Shown here one piece after another: positions 36,521 through 47,738 of a DNA stretch of 64,000 nucleotides. Position 1 is the stretch's first letter. Each line of letters opens with the position of its first letter. The notes beneath the pieces are model-generated. The model was not told the origin of the DNA, made no database searches, and saw only the letters and a list, made by a program, of their open reading frames with translations. The position numbers and the translations under genes were made by a program. This stretch comes from Turneriella sp. (GTDB lineage Bacteria; Spirochaetota; Leptospiria; Turneriellales; Turneriellaceae). Location of the stretch: contig CBDIID010000003.1 in assembly GCA_965279515.1 (NCBI GenBank), forward strand, positions 3,776,001 to 3,840,000, read 5' to 3'.

Positions 36521-39500
36521 CTAAATCTTATCGCTGGCCTTCTTGATGAGTTCGTCTCTGACTGCCTGCAGCAACATTTGCGCTGTATAAGGTTTCTGTA
36601 AAACATGGATTTTGCGGCCAGACTGCAGATTATCAATCTTGGCCTGCGCATCTACGCCACTGACGGCAATGATAGGTAGATCTGGTTTTATCTTCAAGAT
36701 GACGCGAATGACGCCGGGACCGTCGAGAACGGGCATCATCATGTCCGTAACCATCAGAGCGATTTTTTCTTTGTTTTCAGCAAAAACGGCTAATGCGTCA
36801 GCACCGTCGGTAGCTATTTTGGTTTTGTAGCCAAACGTTTCCAGCGTTTGGCGCGTAACCTCGCGCACGTGCGGCTCATCATCCACAACGAGAACCAGTT
36901 CGCCGTTACCCCGCAATAATTCCGGTTGTGCGGTCTCGGAAGTGACCTCGATGCCCGTCCCGAGTGCAGGGATGTAGAGATGAAAACGTGAGCCGCGGCC
37001 GGGTTCGCTATAGGCGCGCATGAACCCGCCATGGCTTTTGATGATGGCGATCGACGTCGACAGGCCCAAACCGGTGCCTTTACCGAGTTCTTTGGTCGTG
37101 AAAAACGGTTCGAATATTTTCTCGAGAACTGCTGCCGGCATACCCGATCCGGTATCTTCGCAGCGGATAACCACGTAGTTGCCGGGCCTGGCGTCGATGT
37201 GCATGCCCGCGTACTGGTTGTCGATAACACAGTTTTCGGCAACGATCGAAAGCCTGCCGCCTTCGGGCATTGCATCGCGCGCGTTGACTGCAAGATTCAT
37301 CAATACCTGGTGCAATTGCGTGAAGTCAGCCTTAATGTTCCACAAATTTTCCGCCACTTCGGTGTGAAGCATTACATTTTTAGGAAATGTTTCCTGCACT
37401 ATCTTGGCGAGTTCTGATAACAGGTCCTGAATGTTCACGGTCTCCTGGTTACCTTCAACGCCACGGGCAAAGGAGAGCACCTGGCGGACCATGTTGCTGC
37501 CGCGTTTCGCGCTGCCCTCAATCATGGCAACCAGGTCGAGCTGGTCTTGGGACAATGCGTCGGCTTTGAGCACGTCGACGGCCAGCATGATTGGGGTCAG
37601 CACATTGTTTAGGTCATGCGCGATACCGCCGGCGAGCGTGCCAATACTCTCGAGTCTCTGCGCGCGCATGAATTGCTGCTCCAGTTTTCTGCGTTCAGTC
37701 ACGTCTGTATTGATACAGAGGATAGATTTGGGAACCCCCGCTTCATCGCGCAGCAGCGTCCAGCGCGCCTGGACGCTGAGTTTGTGCCCGTCTTTCGTGG
37801 TCTGCTCGAGTTCGCCCGTGAATTCTCCCTTGTTCAGCACTTCGATCATAGCCGCATCAAACTCTTCGGGGTTCGGATAAAGCAAGGTGCGTATGGATTT
37901 TTCATTCGCTTCTTTTTTCGTCCAACCATACATACGCTCAGCGCCCTGGTTCCAGTAAATAATTGAATTCGAAAGATCGCGCACCAGAATTGCATCGCGC
38001 GCCTTATCGAGCAGCGTAGCTTGTTCGCGTACCTTCTCGTCAGCCTTTCTGCGCTGCGTAATATCCTGCACGGTACCTGACATCAGATCTGGTTTGCCGT
38101 TTTCATCAAAGATTATTTCACCTTGTTCATGGACTATCAGCTCTTCACCATTTGGTTTCAAGATACGGTGCTCGATGTTCAGGGCGGGCCCACCCGCGAG
38201 TGCTGCTTCGAGTGCCGCCGTGACCCTGGCGCGTTCTTCGGGGAGCAGCAGGTTCATAAAGACGCCGACACTCGGCGTGAACACCTGGGGGTCGCGGCCA
38301 AAGATACGATAGACCTCGGGTGACCAGATGAGTCTGTCTTCTTTTATGTGCCACTGCCAACTGCCGAGCCCCGCAATACGTTGTGCCAGAGCGAGGTTCT
38401 GTTCATTTTCACGCATGACGAGCTCGGCTTTTTTTCGCTCGGTGATGTCCCGCACCACGACCATAAATCGTTCCCGGTCGAGCGGTGTAAGGGTTCCCTC
38501 AAAGTGCAACGGTATGCCGGCGACGGGCATCGAAAATTCGAAGCGCTCCATATGGCTACCTGCAGAAATCTTTTTAAGGCTTTCGGTTACACGTTCAGAC
38601 AAATCACCAGGTAAAACTTCCCGAAATGATTTGCCCAGGAAATCTTCGGGTTTGTGCGCAAGACGGTTTGGATCTGAGGCATGGTAGTCAATAAAAATGC
38701 CACTGTTATCGAGCAAGAACAGCAGATCGGGTACGGCATTGACGATCAGCCGGTTTCTGTCCTCAAGCAGTTTACGTTCGGTAATATCCTGAACCGTGCC
38801 GCGCAGGCCAACAATCGTGCCTGTATCGTCTTTGATAGGAGTGCCGCGCGAAATCACCCAACCGGGACTGCCATCGACGCGGATTATTTCGCATTCGACC
38901 TCGTAGGGTTCGCCGGTTTTATACGCTTTGTCAAAATTGGCACAAAGATCCGTCCAGCTCTTAGGCGTATACAAGCGGTTTACATCAGCGCAAGAAACAG
39001 GTCCCTGCGCCGGATCAAACCCATAGATCGCATACATTTGCGGTGACCGCACGGTTATATTGGTTGCTGCGAACCATTCCCAGCTGCCAACCCCGGCGAT
39101 ACTCTGAGCCTGCTGTAACGCCGCAGTCTGCCTTTCCAGCTCACGTATTAAAACTTCGCGCTCTGCGACCGTAGTCGAGGATATGTCTGCGAAAGTCAGC
39201 ATGAAACAATCGACCGTGTCCACCTGAACCGGGGCAGCAGAAAGCAGCACGAATTTGAATGTGTTGTTTTCTGCGCGTATCTCGCAGCGCCGGTCTGTGA
39301 TACTTCCCGCGTGGGCCAACTCGCCCTTGAGTTTTTTGTAATCATCCTGGTCTTTGAACAGGGTTTGAATGAGTACGGTTTTTCCAGTGATTTCTTTGCG
39401 CGAAATTTGCAGGAGAGTTTCGGCTTGTTGATTGCCCTCCAAAACCTGCCCCGTCCCGGCGTTGACGACGATGAGTGCGCCCGGGTTGATTTTCAGTAAA

Positions 39501-39598
39501 TGGTTTAACTCAGCGGTTTCGATGCGCAGTACGGCCGCAGATGCTGCGCGCCGATTATTTTCCGGGCCGCTGGGGGAGTACTGACCTGCATCGCTCAT
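36521..39598 (-). CDS. Multi-PAS hybrid histidine kinase
   Basis: PAS/PAC repeats, GIAHDLNN, NARDAM, GTGLGL, C-terminal REC. Confidence 0.95.
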   Translation of the reverse strand: MSDAGQYSPSGPENNRRAASAAVLRIETAELNHLLKINPGALIVVNAGTGQVLEGNQQAETLLQISRKEITGKTVLIQTLFKDQDDYKKLKGELAHAGSITDRRCEIRAENNTFKFVLLSAAPVQVDTVDCFMLTFADISSTTVAEREVLIRELERQTAALQQAQSIAGVGSWEWFAATNITVRSPQMYAIYGFDPAQGPVSCADVNRLYTPKSWTDLCANFDKAYKTGEPYEVECEIIRVDGSPGWVISRGTPIKDDTGTIVGLRGTVQDITERKLLEDRNRLIVNAVPDLLFLLDNSGIFIDYHASDPNRLAHKPEDFLGKSFREVLPGDLSERVTESLKKISAGSHMERFEFSMPVAGIPLHFEGTLTPLDRERFMVVVRDITERKKAELVMRENEQNLALAQRIAGLGSWQWHIKEDRLIWSPEVYRIFGRDPQVFTPSVGVFMNLLLPEERARVTAALEAALAGGPALNIEHRILKPNGEELIVHEQGEIIFDENGKPDLMSGTVQDITQRRKADEKVREQATLLDKARDAILVRDLSNSIIYWNQGAERMYGWTKKEANEKSIRTLLYPNPEEFDAAMIEVLNKGEFTGELEQTTKDGHKLSVQARWTLLRDEAGVPKSILCINTDVTERRKLEQQFMRAQRLESIGTLAGGIAHDLNNVLTPIMLAVDVLKADALSQDQLDLVAMIEGSAKRGSNMVRQVLSFARGVEGNQETVNIQDLLSELAKIVQETFPKNVMLHTEVAENLWNIKADFTQLHQVLMNLAVNARDAMPEGGRLSIVAENCVIDNQYAGMHIDARPGNYVVIRCEDTGSGMPAAVLEKIFEPFFTTKELGKGTGLGLSTSIAIIKSHGGFMRAYSEPGRGSRFHLYIPALGTGIEVTSETAQPELLRGNGELVLVVDDEPHVREVTRQTLETFGYKTKIATDGADALAVFAENKEKIALMVTDMMMPVLDGPGVIRVILKIKPDLPIIAVSGVDAQAKIDNLQSGRKIHVLQKPYTAQMLLQAVRDELIKKASDKI

Positions 39599-39744
39599 GT
39601 CTTCGCCGCCTTACACGGTGCGCACTTGCTCTGGCGAGCAGGCAACAACGTCCAAGATAATCGGCGGTCACGACTTCATAACTTGAGAATTAGTCGATCA
39701 TTTTATTCAAAAAGCTCAGACGCGACTGACGGGTAATTTGGATT

Positions 39745-40785
39745 CTAGCGCGGGGTAATTTTCTGAGGACCGAAACTGGCCACATCCGTTACAGCCCCGC
39801 TTTGGATGTGATCAAACACGGCGACAATTTCATCCGGCGTCGGGACTATGTCTGCGGAAGTTTTTCCGATACTTTCAAATAGTTTTTTTCCAAACGCGGC
39901 GTTGAGCGCGGTCATATAGGCGCCGGCGGCGTTTTTACCGTCGATCACGGCGCGGAATTCGGCGAGTGATTTTTCTTTGTTGTCTGTGCGCAACACATCG
40001 AGCGAGCTCAGATATTTTTGCGGCGGTGGCGTATAGACACCCTCGGTTATCTTGCCGTCGTGCAGGTGCGCATAATGTGTTCGCGCGAGCGGAGAGATCT
40101 CGTCGAGCCCGTCTTCGCTGTGGACGACCAGCGCGGCCTTCAGGCCCAATAACTTCAGTGTTTCAGCGACGGGCAGAAGCAGGGCCTGTGCATAGACGCC
40201 CATGAGCTGCAACGGTGCCGCGGCGGGGTTTGCCAGCGGCCCCAGGACATTGAACACGGTGCGGACACCGAGTTCTTTGCGCACCGGGCCTGCATGTTTC
40301 ATCGCGGGGTGGTAGAGCGGCGCAAAGAAGAAGGCAAAATTATTTTCTTTGAGGCGGCCGGTGATGAGTTCTGGTTTTTCTTCGAGCGGATAACCCAAGG
40401 CCTCGAGGACATCCGCCGAACCTGAGGAAGATGACACGGCGCGGTTGCCATGCTTCGCTACGGGAATACCCAGGGAGGCCAGGGTTAATCCTACTAAAGT
40501 CGAGATGTTGATGAGGTGCGAGCGATCACCGCCGGTGCCGCAGGTGTCGATGAAAAGTGGCGGCAGTCCGGCGCGGTTAATCGGCGTCGCCATCTGCCGC
40601 ATTGTCTGCGCGCAGGCGGCGATTTCGGCGGGCGTTTCGCCCTTCATACGCAGCGCCATGAGCCAGGCCGCGATCTGCACGGGCGTCAGCTTGCCCTGCA
40701 TCGTCTCGGAAATCAGGTAGGTGATTTTTTCGCCGGTGAGATTTTGCCGCGCGAGCAGTTCTTCGAGAAGCGGGGTAAAAGCCAT
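39745..40785 (-). CDS. trpD: Anthranilate phosphoribosyltransferase
   Basis: DTCGTGGD, NIST, KHGNR, GLDEIS. Confidence 0.96.
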   Translation of the reverse strand: MAFTPLLEELLARQNLTGEKITYLISETMQGKLTPVQIAAWLMALRMKGETPAEIAACAQTMRQMATPINRAGLPPLFIDTCGTGGDRSHLINISTLVGLTLASLGIPVAKHGNRAVSSSSGSADVLEALGYPLEEKPELITGRLKENNFAFFFAPLYHPAMKHAGPVRKELGVRTVFNVLGPLANPAAAPLQLMGVYAQALLLPVAETLKLLGLKAALVVHSEDGLDEISPLARTHYAHLHDGKITEGVYTPPPQKYLSSLDVLRTDNKEKSLAEFRAVIDGKNAAGAYMTALNAAFGKKLFESIGKTSADIVPTPDEIVAVFDHIQSGAVTDVASFGPQKITPR

Positions 40786-40788
40786 GGC

Positions 40789-41808
40789 TCAGATCAGCTT
40801 GCGGATCATACCGGCAAGCTCTACCGGTTCGATGGTGTCAATGGCCAGCGATTCGGAGGGCACGTCGGAAAACAGGAAATAAGCTTTTTGTTTTTCGGTA
40901 TAGACCTGCCAGCTGTGTTTACGGTGGCGCGGCATCAGCGTGAGACTCTTCTTGCCGATGGCGGCCGCGATGTGGCGTGGCGCGGCGTCGTTTGCAATCA
41001 CGAGATGCGCGAGCGAAAACAGCGCCGCGGTGGCACCGAATTCAATCCCATCGGCGAAATAAACTTTGGCCGTGCGGATATCGCTCGTGTTGACCGCCTC
41101 TTCAAGCTCGGCGATGAATTTATCGTCACCGTAACCGGCGGCGAAGAGCACAGGTAAGAGAATGCGTTTCTTGCGGAACAGGCGCAGTGTCTCTATGATC
41201 TGGAAAACCGGGTAACGTTTTGTTTCTTTACTGGAACCAATATGCCAGATGATAAATTTACGGCCGAGGCGTTGCTTGTAGAGGTCAGCCCTGAGACGGG
41301 CAATCTCCTGTTTGTCGATGGTGATTGTGGGATATTCCACAGCGATGCCGGGCGAGACGAGCAGCGCGAGCTTGTGGTAATATTCGAAGGAGTTGAGTTC
41401 TGTATAACGCTCGCGCAGCGAGCGCGTTAAGAGAAAGCTCAGCGGCTGATTTTTAGTACCGACGCGAATCTTAATGCGCGCGAGAAATCCCCACCACATG
41501 GCCTGTCTATCGCTGCCGAAGGTGAGAATGACGTCGAATTGGTGCCGGCGGATCTGCCCGAGAACCTTGAAAAACCCCGCGGCCTTGCCGTTAGTGAGTT
41601 GCAGCGGCAGAACGTCTGCGATATCGGGGTGCTTGCGCAGCGCCGTGACGTTGCGTTCTTCGCAGGCCACAGAGATGCGCGCGGTGGGATGCTTCTCTTT
41701 GAGCGCCTGAATGACGCCCATCTGTAAAATGATGTCGCCGAGCGACTGCTTGGATATAATGAGGATTTTTTGCATTTTGGTTTCCCGTGCGGCGCTTTCG
41801 CGCTGCAC
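40789..41808 (-). CDS. Glycosyltransferase family 9 (heptosyltransferase-like)
   Basis: SLGDII...VIANDAAPRHIAAA. Confidence 0.85.
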   Translation of the reverse strand: MQRESAARETKMQKILIISKQSLGDIILQMGVIQALKEKHPTARISVACEERNVTALRKHPDIADVLPLQLTNGKAAGFFKVLGQIRRHQFDVILTFGSDRQAMWWGFLARIKIRVGTKNQPLSFLLTRSLRERYTELNSFEYYHKLALLVSPGIAVEYPTITIDKQEIARLRADLYKQRLGRKFIIWHIGSSKETKRYPVFQIIETLRLFRKKRILLPVLFAAGYGDDKFIAELEEAVNTSDIRTAKVYFADGIEFGATAALFSLAHLVIANDAAPRHIAAAIGKKSLTLMPRHRKHSWQVYTEKQKAYFLFSDVPSESLAIDTIEPVELAGMIRKLI

Positions 41809-43304
41809 TAAAAGAGAATTCCAGCGATGGACGCCGCCAAAATGTTAGACATAACGCCTACCAAAACAGCTTTCATGCCCAAAGCTGCCAGTTCTGCCCG
41901 GCGGCTGGGTATCAGCGCCCCGACGCCCCCGGCCTGGATAGCGATCGAGGTGAGACTGCCGAAGCCGCAGAGCAGGTAGGTCGAGATCAGAAACGCTTTC
42001 GGCGAGAGGATTGCCTTGATTTTGCCGAGTTCAATGTAGCCGACGAATTCATTGAGCACAATGCGCGTGCCCAAGAGGTTGCCGACCTGCACTGCCTCAC
42101 CCCACGGCACGCCAGTCACGAATGCCACCGGCGCAAATACATAACCCAGGAGCTGTTGAATCGAGCCGGGCACAGCACTGATGACCTGTTGCAATCCGCC
42201 TGAGGTGTTCTGGATACCGAGATCGCGCGCCGATGACCACAGGCCGTTGAGAAGCGCGATGAGTGCAATGAAGGCGATCAGCATTGCCGCGACATTGGCG
42301 GCCAGAACGAGGCCCTCGGAGGCACCGCGCGCGGCGGCGTCGATGACGTTGACCGGGCGGTTCTCTTCGGTCTTCGCGATCGTTGCACCCTGTGCGGTTT
42401 CCGGCGTCTGTGTTTCAGGCATGACCATTTTCGCGAGCATGATGGCACCCGGCGCGGTCATGATCACTGACGCCAGTAGATGGCGTGCATCAACCCCGGC
42501 GACAGAGACATAGACAATGAGGATTCCCGCACTGCAATGGCACATGCCCGAGACGGTGATCGTGAAGAGCTCGGAGCGGGTAAGGTTCGCCAGGTAGGGT
42601 TTGATCGTCAGCGGCGCTTCGGTCTGGCCCATGAAGATGTTGGCGGCGACGTCGAGCGTCTCGGCGCCCGAGGCTTTCATGAAGCGGTTGATGAAACCGG
42701 CGATACCGCGGATCATGGGCTGCATAACGCCGAGGTAGTAGAGTACAGAAAAGATCGAGGCGACGAAGATGATCGTCGGTAAGACCTGGAAGGCGAAGAC
42801 GAAGGCGACGCCGCCGACTTTGTCACCCAGCGACGAAGCAAAAGCGGCGCTCATGGCATCTTGCGAACCGAACACACCGAACACGAAACTCGCGCCGGTG
42901 CCGGAATATTTGAGAATCTGCGTCGCGCCGCTTTTGAGACCTTCGAAGACAATCCCCACAATATTAAATTTCAGGACATAGAGAGCCAGTTCGATGAGGA
43001 CGACACGTTTGACCCATTTAAAAGAGACATTTTGCGCGATGTCTTTGCGGAAACGCGCGACCAGGTAGAGTGCGATAAACTGTGCAGCGACGATCGTGAG
43101 AAAAACACCGTGGCTGACCGGCAAAAAATCAAACAGGCGCGCGATATCGCCGCCGCGGATAATCAGAAGGGCAAAAGCGAACTGGAGAATGAGTCCCCAG
43201 ATTACCGTGCGCCAGTCGATGCTGCGGCGATTGGAGGAAAAAGCGTAACAGGCGCCGATAACGGCGGCGATGCCCAGAAGGCCGGTGAGATTTGTTAGAG
43301 CCAT
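41808..43304 (-). CDS. NupC/CNT-family nucleoside transporter
   Basis: FQVLPTIIF, NIFMGQTEAP, LNEFVGY. Confidence 0.93.
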   Translation of the reverse strand: MALTNLTGLLGIAAVIGACYAFSSNRRSIDWRTVIWGLILQFAFALLIIRGGDIARLFDFLPVSHGVFLTIVAAQFIALYLVARFRKDIAQNVSFKWVKRVVLIELALYVLKFNIVGIVFEGLKSGATQILKYSGTGASFVFGVFGSQDAMSAAFASSLGDKVGGVAFVFAFQVLPTIIFVASIFSVLYYLGVMQPMIRGIAGFINRFMKASGAETLDVAANIFMGQTEAPLTIKPYLANLTRSELFTITVSGMCHCSAGILIVYVSVAGVDARHLLASVIMTAPGAIMLAKMVMPETQTPETAQGATIAKTEENRPVNVIDAAARGASEGLVLAANVAAMLIAFIALIALLNGLWSSARDLGIQNTSGGLQQVISAVPGSIQQLLGYVFAPVAFVTGVPWGEAVQVGNLLGTRIVLNEFVGYIELGKIKAILSPKAFLISTYLLCGFGSLTSIAIQAGGVGALIPSRRAELAALGMKAVLVGVMSNILAASIAGILF

Positions 43305-43306
43305 TT

Positions 43307-43774
43307 TTAATCCTTCACATTATGGCGCTGCATCTCGTCAACCGTTGGCCGCATTAAGGCAATGAGGGCGATCAAAACGCCAAGCGAGATCAGCATACTT
43401 TTTTGTTGTGTCAGAAAATAGACAACGCCCAGGAAGAGCGCTGCGATTTCGAGCAGTGCCCACTGCACGATTTTCAGGCTGACATATTTGCGCACCGGCA
43501 CGGGCGAGGCACCGGATTCTGTGCCGCCACGGATCGCGCTTGTGCGCTGGCTGTTGCGCAAGATAAAGCGCGGCACGAGTTGCGAGAGTCCCACGGCAAC
43601 GACTGCAAGCACCGCAGCCACTGTCTGGAAAACAGCGATTTGTTCTTTTGCCATGGTTGTAGTGGCCTCCCCGGGTATCACGACAAAGTGCAGCACGAGG
43701 GCAAAGACTGCGGGGCCGAGCATAATGGCAAAGTGCAGCACATAGAGATGGGAAGGGACCTGAACTGTCGGCAT
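43307..43774 (-). CDS. Hypothetical membrane protein
   Basis: Four hydrophobic segments; 2 bp upstream of the nupC start. Confidence 0.72.
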   Translation of the reverse strand: MPTVQVPSHLYVLHFAIMLGPAVFALVLHFVVIPGEATTTMAKEQIAVFQTVAAVLAVVAVGLSQLVPRFILRNSQRTSAIRGGTESGASPVPVRKYVSLKIVQWALLEIAALFLGVVYFLTQQKSMLISLGVLIALIALMRPTVDEMQRHNVKD

Positions 43775-43866
43775 CGTGACCGGAAAAAGTGCGGAGCTAT
43801 ACCGTCAAGGAAGGAGTTTCGCGTCCGTTTGGATTTACAGTCTCAATCACGGACCGATTTTGCCGA

Positions 43867-45117
43867 ATGGCGTACGATAAGATCAGGATCCCGGCAACGG
43901 GTGAAAAAATTGCCATTAAAGACGGTAAGCTTTATGTTCCCGATCAACCCATCATTCCCTTTATCGAAGGCGACGGTACCGGCCCCGACATCTGGAAAGC
44001 GAGCGTGCGCGTCTTCGATGCGGCGGTCGAGAAAGCCTATGGCAGTAAGCGCAAAATTTCATGGCTCGAGGTCTATGCCGGTGAAAAATCCAATGCCGTC
44101 TATGCGCCGAACACCTGGCTGCCCGAAGAAACGCTAACCTGCCTCGCTGAATATAAGGTCTCGATCAAAGGCCCGATGACAACCCCCGTGGGTGGTGGCA
44201 TACGTTCGATCAACGTGGCCTTGCGGCAGATGTTGGATCTATACACCTGCCTGCGCCCGGTGCAGTATTTCGACGGCGTTCCTTCGCCGGTGAAACAGCC
44301 CGAAGACGTGGAAATGACGATCTTCCGCGAGAATACCGAAGATATCTATGCCGGTATCGAATTTGAGCCGGGCAGCGAAGGCGCCAAAAAAATCATCAAG
44401 GTGCTCGAAGAGACCGGCATGCTCGGGAAGGTGCGTTTTCCTGACACTTCATCCTTCGGCATCAAGCCCGTTTCACGCCATGGCACCGAGCGCCTGGTCA
44501 AGGCGGCGATTGAGTATGCGATTGCCAACAAACGCAAGTCGGTGACGCTGGTGCATAAAGGCAATATCATGAAATTTACCGAAGGGTATTTCTGCAAGTG
44601 GGGCTATGAAACCGCGAAAAAGTTTTTCCCGAATGAAACTGTGGCCTGGGAAGAGTGCGGCGGTAATCCGCCCGCAGGCAAGATTCTCATCAAAGACGCG
44701 ATCGCCGATGCCTTTCTGCAGCAGATTCTCTTGCGCCCGAAAGAATACGATGTGATCGCAACGTTAAATCTCAACGGCGACTACCTTTCCGACGCGCTCG
44801 CGGCGCAGGTCGGCGGTATTGGGATAGCCCCCGGCGCCAATATTAACTACACTACCGGGGCGGCGGTGTTCGAAGCGACACACGGTACCGCGCCGAAGTA
44901 CGCAGGACTCGATAAAGTGAATCCTTCATCGGTGATTCTCTCCGGTGAGATGATGCTGCGCTACCTGGGATGGACTGAAGCCGCGGACAGCATCATCAGC
45001 GCGCTCAAAAAAACCATTTCGCAGAAGACGGTGACATACGATTTCGCCCGTCTCATGGAAGGTGCCAAAGAAATCAAATGCTCTGAATTTGCCGATGCCC
45101 TGATCAGGAATCTTTAA
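43867..45117 (+). CDS. icd: NADP-dependent isocitrate dehydrogenase
   Basis: [43 protein letters not shown]. Confidence 0.97.
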   Translation: MAYDKIRIPATGEKIAIKDGKLYVPDQPIIPFIEGDGTGPDIWKASVRVFDAAVEKAYGSKRKISWLEVYAGEKSNAVYAPNTWLPEETLTCLAEYKVSIKGPMTTPVGGGIRSINVALRQMLDLYTCLRPVQYFDGVPSPVKQPEDVEMTIFRENTEDIYAGIEFEPGSEGAKKIIKVLEETGMLGKVRFPDTSSFGIKPVSRHGTERLVKAAIEYAIANKRKSVTLVHKGNIMKFTEGYFCKWGYETAKKFFPNETVAWEECGGNPPAGKILIKDAIADAFLQQILLRPKEYDVIATLNLNGDYLSDALAAQVGGIGIAPGANINYTTGAAVFEATHGTAPKYAGLDKVNPSSVILSGEMMLRYLGWTEAADSIISALKKTISQKTVTYDFARLMEGAKEIKCSEFADALIRNL

Positions 45118-45140
45118 CATCAAGAGGCACGGGTAACAAT

Positions 45141-45530
45141 ATGTCGTCTGTGTCTCAAGCTACTCCCCGCGCCATCGCTTTCAAGATTACCGCCATTGTG
45201 CTGATTGCTTTTTTTGCTTTCGCTGCGGTCGCCCACTACAATGACCCTGATCCGGTGCACTGGATGTTGTTTTATCTGACCTCGGCCCTGTGCTGCCTGC
45301 TGACTGTTGTCAGAAAAGATAGCCTGCCACTGCTTTATGTTTCGCTCGGTATGGCCGTCATGGAAATCGCTGCGACGGGCGACGGGTTTCTTGCCGGGCT
45401 TAAGGAAGGCGCCGTGATGGAGAAATCTTATTTTGTTCTGCGCCGGGATTTTTTAGGCGCATTCGTCAGCCTGCTGGTTTCCGTTTGCCTCGTGATTCGC
45501 CTGCGCAGCCCGGCACGAAAATCAAAGTAG
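45141..45530 (+). CDS. TMEM220-like membrane protein
   Basis: YNDPDP..W..FY motif. Confidence 0.75.
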   Translation: MSSVSQATPRAIAFKITAIVLIAFFAFAAVAHYNDPDPVHWMLFYLTSALCCLLTVVRKDSLPLLYVSLGMAVMEIAATGDGFLAGLKEGAVMEKSYFVLRRDFLGAFVSLLVSVCLVIRLRSPARKSK

Positions 45531-45535
45531 GCGGG

Positions 45536-46384
45536 TCACACGACCCAAAACCTCTCACCCTTATTAAACCTCTCTACACCTTTTTTCATGCTCTCGCTCG
45601 TCGCCACGGGATAAAGATTGCGCGCTTCGAGTGTCATTGCTTCTTTCAGGGTCAGGTGCGTGCCGTTCAGCGCAGAAGCGAGGTCGGCCATGAGCGCGTC
45701 GCGCGGCGATGCGCAGATCTGTTTCGCGAGTTTCAGCGCGCGTGTTAAGCCTTCGCCTTTTTTCGCGAGTTCCCAGACGAGGCCGATTTCGTAAGCGCGG
45801 CGAGCGCGTATGCGTTGCCCTGTGATGATGAGCGGTAATGCCGCGCCCCAGTTCAGGAGCCGCGGCAGGTAAACTGTGCCGCCATCAACCAGGGGAACAC
45901 CCCAGCGGCGGCAGGCGACGGAAAACAATGCCTGCGGTTCGGCGATGCGTATGTGGCCGTGGCAAAAAAGTTCGAGCCCACCGGCATAGGTATAACCGTG
46001 GCTGACAGTGATGACGGGTTTTTGCTGTATGATGCGCGAGCCGCCCATGGGGCCGGGGTTATTCTGTGCATACGCCTCGAGTTTCGCAAAATCGGGCGGC
46101 GGGCTGAGTTCATGTTCGGGCATCAGGCCACCTGAAAGTGTCTCCAATGCGGTGAGGTCGGCGCCGGCGCAAAAAGATTTATCACCAGCACCGTGCAGGA
46201 CAGCCACTGTGAGCGAGGCATCGTCGCGGAAGGTTATCCACGCTTCGAGAAAATATTTCGCCATCTCGCCGTTACACGCGTTGTGCACTTCGGGGCGGTT
46301 CATCGTGATCTGAAAAATCTTGCCGCCCTCGCTTTCGTGGATTTTCGTCAGGATCGGTTTTTCAGCCATGAACCGTAATGCCAT
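45536..46384 (-). CDS. Enoyl-CoA hydratase/isomerase family protein
   Basis: FCAGADL, AGGLEL, RRWGVPLVDGG. Confidence 0.92.
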   Translation of the reverse strand: MALRFMAEKPILTKIHESEGGKIFQITMNRPEVHNACNGEMAKYFLEAWITFRDDASLTVAVLHGAGDKSFCAGADLTALETLSGGLMPEHELSPPPDFAKLEAYAQNNPGPMGGSRIIQQKPVITVSHGYTYAGGLELFCHGHIRIAEPQALFSVACRRWGVPLVDGGTVYLPRLLNWGAALPLIITGQRIRARRAYEIGLVWELAKKGEGLTRALKLAKQICASPRDALMADLASALNGTHLTLKEAMTLEARNLYPVATSESMKKGVERFNKGERFWVV

Positions 46385-46403
46385 GGCGGCTTATGCGGGC
46401 AAG

Positions 46404-46781
46404 TCAGCGCGGATTTTGAATGCTGTTGCGCAATGCCTTGTGCGTCAAATACAGGTCGAGGATCAGATTGAAGATATAAATGCCGGTAAACGCAAAGACG
46501 AATGCGGGCGGGTATGCGCGGGGATATTTAACGCGCGGCATCGTGAACTCGATGACGACGCCCATCACACAGACGAAAAGCATCAACCATCCCCACGCGT
46601 CGGGTCTGACCGAAAGGTTTGCCCTATCGTGTGCCTTTGCGCGTACGATGCTTAGGGGAAATAGTATGCGGAAAAGACCCCGCAGCGGCAGAATGCGCCG
46701 CCGCCGCGCAATGACAATGCCCTGTTTATCGTAGGCATCGAATTTTCCGGAGGCGATTAGGGCCTGCTTTATATCCATCAT
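46404..46781 (-). CDS. Hypothetical membrane protein
   Basis: ORF with hydrophobic C-terminus; start likely MMDIKQ. Confidence 0.55.
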   Translation of the reverse strand: MMDIKQALIASGKFDAYDKQGIVIARRRRILPLRGLFRILFPLSIVRAKAHDRANLSVRPDAWGWLMLFVCVMGVVIEFTMPRVKYPRAYPPAFVFAFTGIYIFNLILDLYLTHKALRNSIQNPR

Positions 46782-46905
46782 GAATCCGACCTTCAATCCG
46801 GAGCTGGTGCCTGCGCGTAAACCGATTTGTGCCACGCAGTTTTGGCATGAATCTTGCCATTTACTTGACGCTGCGCAAATGCCGTGGCAGGGTTGGGTAA
46901 CGGAA

Positions 46906-47688
46906 ATGGCAGGCGCAGAAAACATCAGGGCGGTACTCTTTGACATCGACGGGGTTCTCTATGTCGGCGATGCCGTGATTCCGGGGGCTGTGGATGCAGT
47001 GCAGCGTATCAAGGCGAAGGGGTTGCCGGTGCGATTTGTCACCAATACCACGACCCAGTCGCATGCACAGCTGCGGGAGAAACTGAATAAGCTGGGTTTT
47101 AATATCCCGGCGGAGGAGATCCTCAGTGCGCCGCAGGCCGCGGTGATTTCGTTGCGGCGGATGAAAAACCCGCGCTGTCTTTTCGTGCTCGACGAGCGGG
47201 TGCGCGGTGATTTTGCCGAGTTTACTGCCGACGAGAGTTTTCCCGACGTCGTCGTCGTGGGCGACATTGGCGACAAATGGAGTTATGCCCTGCTCAACAA
47301 AATCTTTACACTGGTGCGCAAGGGTGCGCATCTTATCGCGCTCCACAAAAACCGTTTCTGGCAGACCGAGAAGGGCCTGCAGATGGACATCGGCGCCTTC
47401 GTCACCGGCATCGAGTATGCCACGGGCAAACGTGCCACGATCATGGGCAAACCTTCACCGGCATTTTTTAATGTCGCGCTGCACGAGCTGGGCGTACCGG
47501 CGCATGCAGTGGCGATTATCGGCGACGACATCGACTCTGACATCGGCGGCGGGCAAGATGCGGGTATCCGTGGCATTCTTGTCGAGACGGGTAAATACCG
47601 CGAAGACTATACGCGCGAATCGGCGATTAAGCCCGATCTGCTCATCCATTCGGTGGCAGATTTACCCCGGGCGCTGGGTTTAAGTTAA
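46906..47688 (+). CDS. HAD-IIA hydrolase (LHPP-like)
   Basis: FDIDGVL, VTNTT, GKPS, IGDDIDSDIGG. Confidence 0.92.
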   Translation: MAGAENIRAVLFDIDGVLYVGDAVIPGAVDAVQRIKAKGLPVRFVTNTTTQSHAQLREKLNKLGFNIPAEEILSAPQAAVISLRRMKNPRCLFVLDERVRGDFAEFTADESFPDVVVVGDIGDKWSYALLNKIFTLVRKGAHLIALHKNRFWQTEKGLQMDIGAFVTGIEYATGKRATIMGKPSPAFFNVALHELGVPAHAVAIIGDDIDSDIGGGQDAGIRGILVETGKYREDYTRESAIKPDLLIHSVADLPRALGLS

Positions 47689-47738
47689 AGGCAAGGCAAA
47701 ATGCTTGACGAGCCCCGCTTGTCTAAGCTGGTTCAACC

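Noticed and set aside
33157..39598. Signalling cluster as a genomic island
   Set aside because: No boundary repeats, tRNA or mobility genes were seen.
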